Shown: positions 62,826-64,000 of the stretch, piece after piece
Layout of the letters: the number at the start of each line of letters is the position of its first letter
Position numbering within the stretch: position 1 is the stretch's first letter
Origin: Gnetum montanum
Taxonomy: Eukaryota; Plantae; Gnetophyta
Assembly (NCBI GenBank): GCA_015680685.1
Contig: MNCI01002011.1
Coordinates: forward strand, 694,470 to 758,469
Length of the DNA: 64,000 bases
Reading direction: 5' to 3'
Notes under the pieces: generated by a model
What the model was told of the DNA's origin: nothing
Seen by the model: the letters and a program-made list of their open reading frames with translations, nothing else
The model's database searches: none
Made by a program: the position numbers and the translations under genes

Positions 62826-64000
62826 NCCTGGCCATATCATAAAACTACTTGGTTTTATCAAAGTGCACTGATAAAGGGTTTTGTACAATATCATACAGGA
62901 GATTGAATGACCAAAACTATAAAAAATAAATGGATAATTAAATAATAGAACCAAGGGCATTAAGACACTTTCACTAATAGATGCATAAGAGGAAGTCATG
63001 CCTTGTACATTGGAGAAGTTAGGTTGGAAGGAGAATTATCAAAAGAGGAAACTCATTCTCTAGCTCTCTAAGCTCCATCCCCTTTCAATAGTATGAAAGG
63101 TAGGTCAAGGTAAGTTTCTATCTCTTTGCTTGCTAGTTAACAAGGATAGTGTATGAGAAGTCCAAAATTATCTGTATTTTCTAGATCAAAAATGATGGAA
63201 TAAGTATCTAGAGCATTTCTTACATTCATGATATTGATATAAGTGGTTTTGCAAAGATTTATAATAGCACTTTTAATAATTTCCCTTGGATCCTCATCTT
63301 ATAATAATTTTAGTTTGATTTCTTGTCTTGCATTCAGTCTTGCTTAATCTAAAATTCTTGTAATAATCTATTTTTATGCTCATAGTCTTTTGGATGTTTT
63401 TTCCATTTATAAGATAATAAAAACCTCTAAAAATTCTATTAATATTTCTAGTTGAAGACCTAAATCTTCATAATTGATCTTAATGTTGACCTACATTTAT
63501 AGTGTTTTTATGATATTTTCATGTCTATCTTAAATGCCTAAGATAAGCAACATGTGTGTAGGGGAAGTCTACTCCTCAATCATCTTGGAGGCCACCAATG
63601 TAGGGGGAGTCTTTGGAGACTTTGTCCAAGAACCATAATGAGCAAGAAAAGGACTTCAAGAGGTATTTTTTTCAAATGGAAGAACTTAAATGATTGTGTT
63701 TGTTGTATTTCCTTATACAAAAAGAAAAATATACATGTTTCTCTCCTAGCTCTAATATTCTATTGTTGATATCTTTTTGGGTGAATCTAGAAATACATGT
63801 TGCCATAAAAAGAAATTTTCTAATAGATAGACTTCTTGTCCCTCCATGATTTATCTTTGGTCTTTAGCATCAATTTGTGTTATTGGTCCTCATTGTTTTT
63901 GAATTGACAACCCACCTATTTAATATTCAATCATAAGTTGAAGCAAGAAGTACCTATTTTTTGTAAAGAAACTAGTTGATCTTATGAGCAAGACCATGAT

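Noticed and set aside
62827-64000. Possible minus-strand LINE fragment after the N at 62826
   Set aside because: No diagnostic motif could be read with confidence, and the junction at the N may be a scaffold join.

Overview
Land-plant nuclear DNA, AT-rich, almost entirely nested and decayed retroelements around one intact host gene. The gene is a 3-exon, minus-strand, secreted and probably GPI-anchored DUF7731-like protein at 34191-35323. Four nests can be reconstructed from LTR termini, PBS/PPT and target-site duplications (TSDs). (1) 1-12 kb: the 3' half of an Athila-like Ty3 element, whose extra ORF is split by a ~1.5 kb solo LTR that itself contains a full-length Bianca-type Ty1/Copia (3425-9827, TSD GTTTC). 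(2) 17-33 kb: an RTE-X-like LINE split by a gag-only SIRE-like element. That element carries a solo LTR in its 5' LTR, and in its gag a tandem, RT-less Tat-like element whose 1.8 kb LTRs hold antisense host-like promoter and signal-peptide fragments. (3) 36.6-57.7 kb: an L1 LINE split by a small non-autonomous Athila-like element (TSD AGGTT), with a full-length Athila-like element in its 5' LTR. (4) 58-63 kb: another Athila-like 5' end split by a second SIRE-like element. Best leads are a ~950-codon extra ORF with an unnamed C-terminal domain conserved at protein level between two diverged elements, subfamily-specific palindrome arrays in the LTRs, and apparent host-gene capture inside LTRs. 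All alignments and family assignments were made by eye; no searches were run and the host species is not determined.
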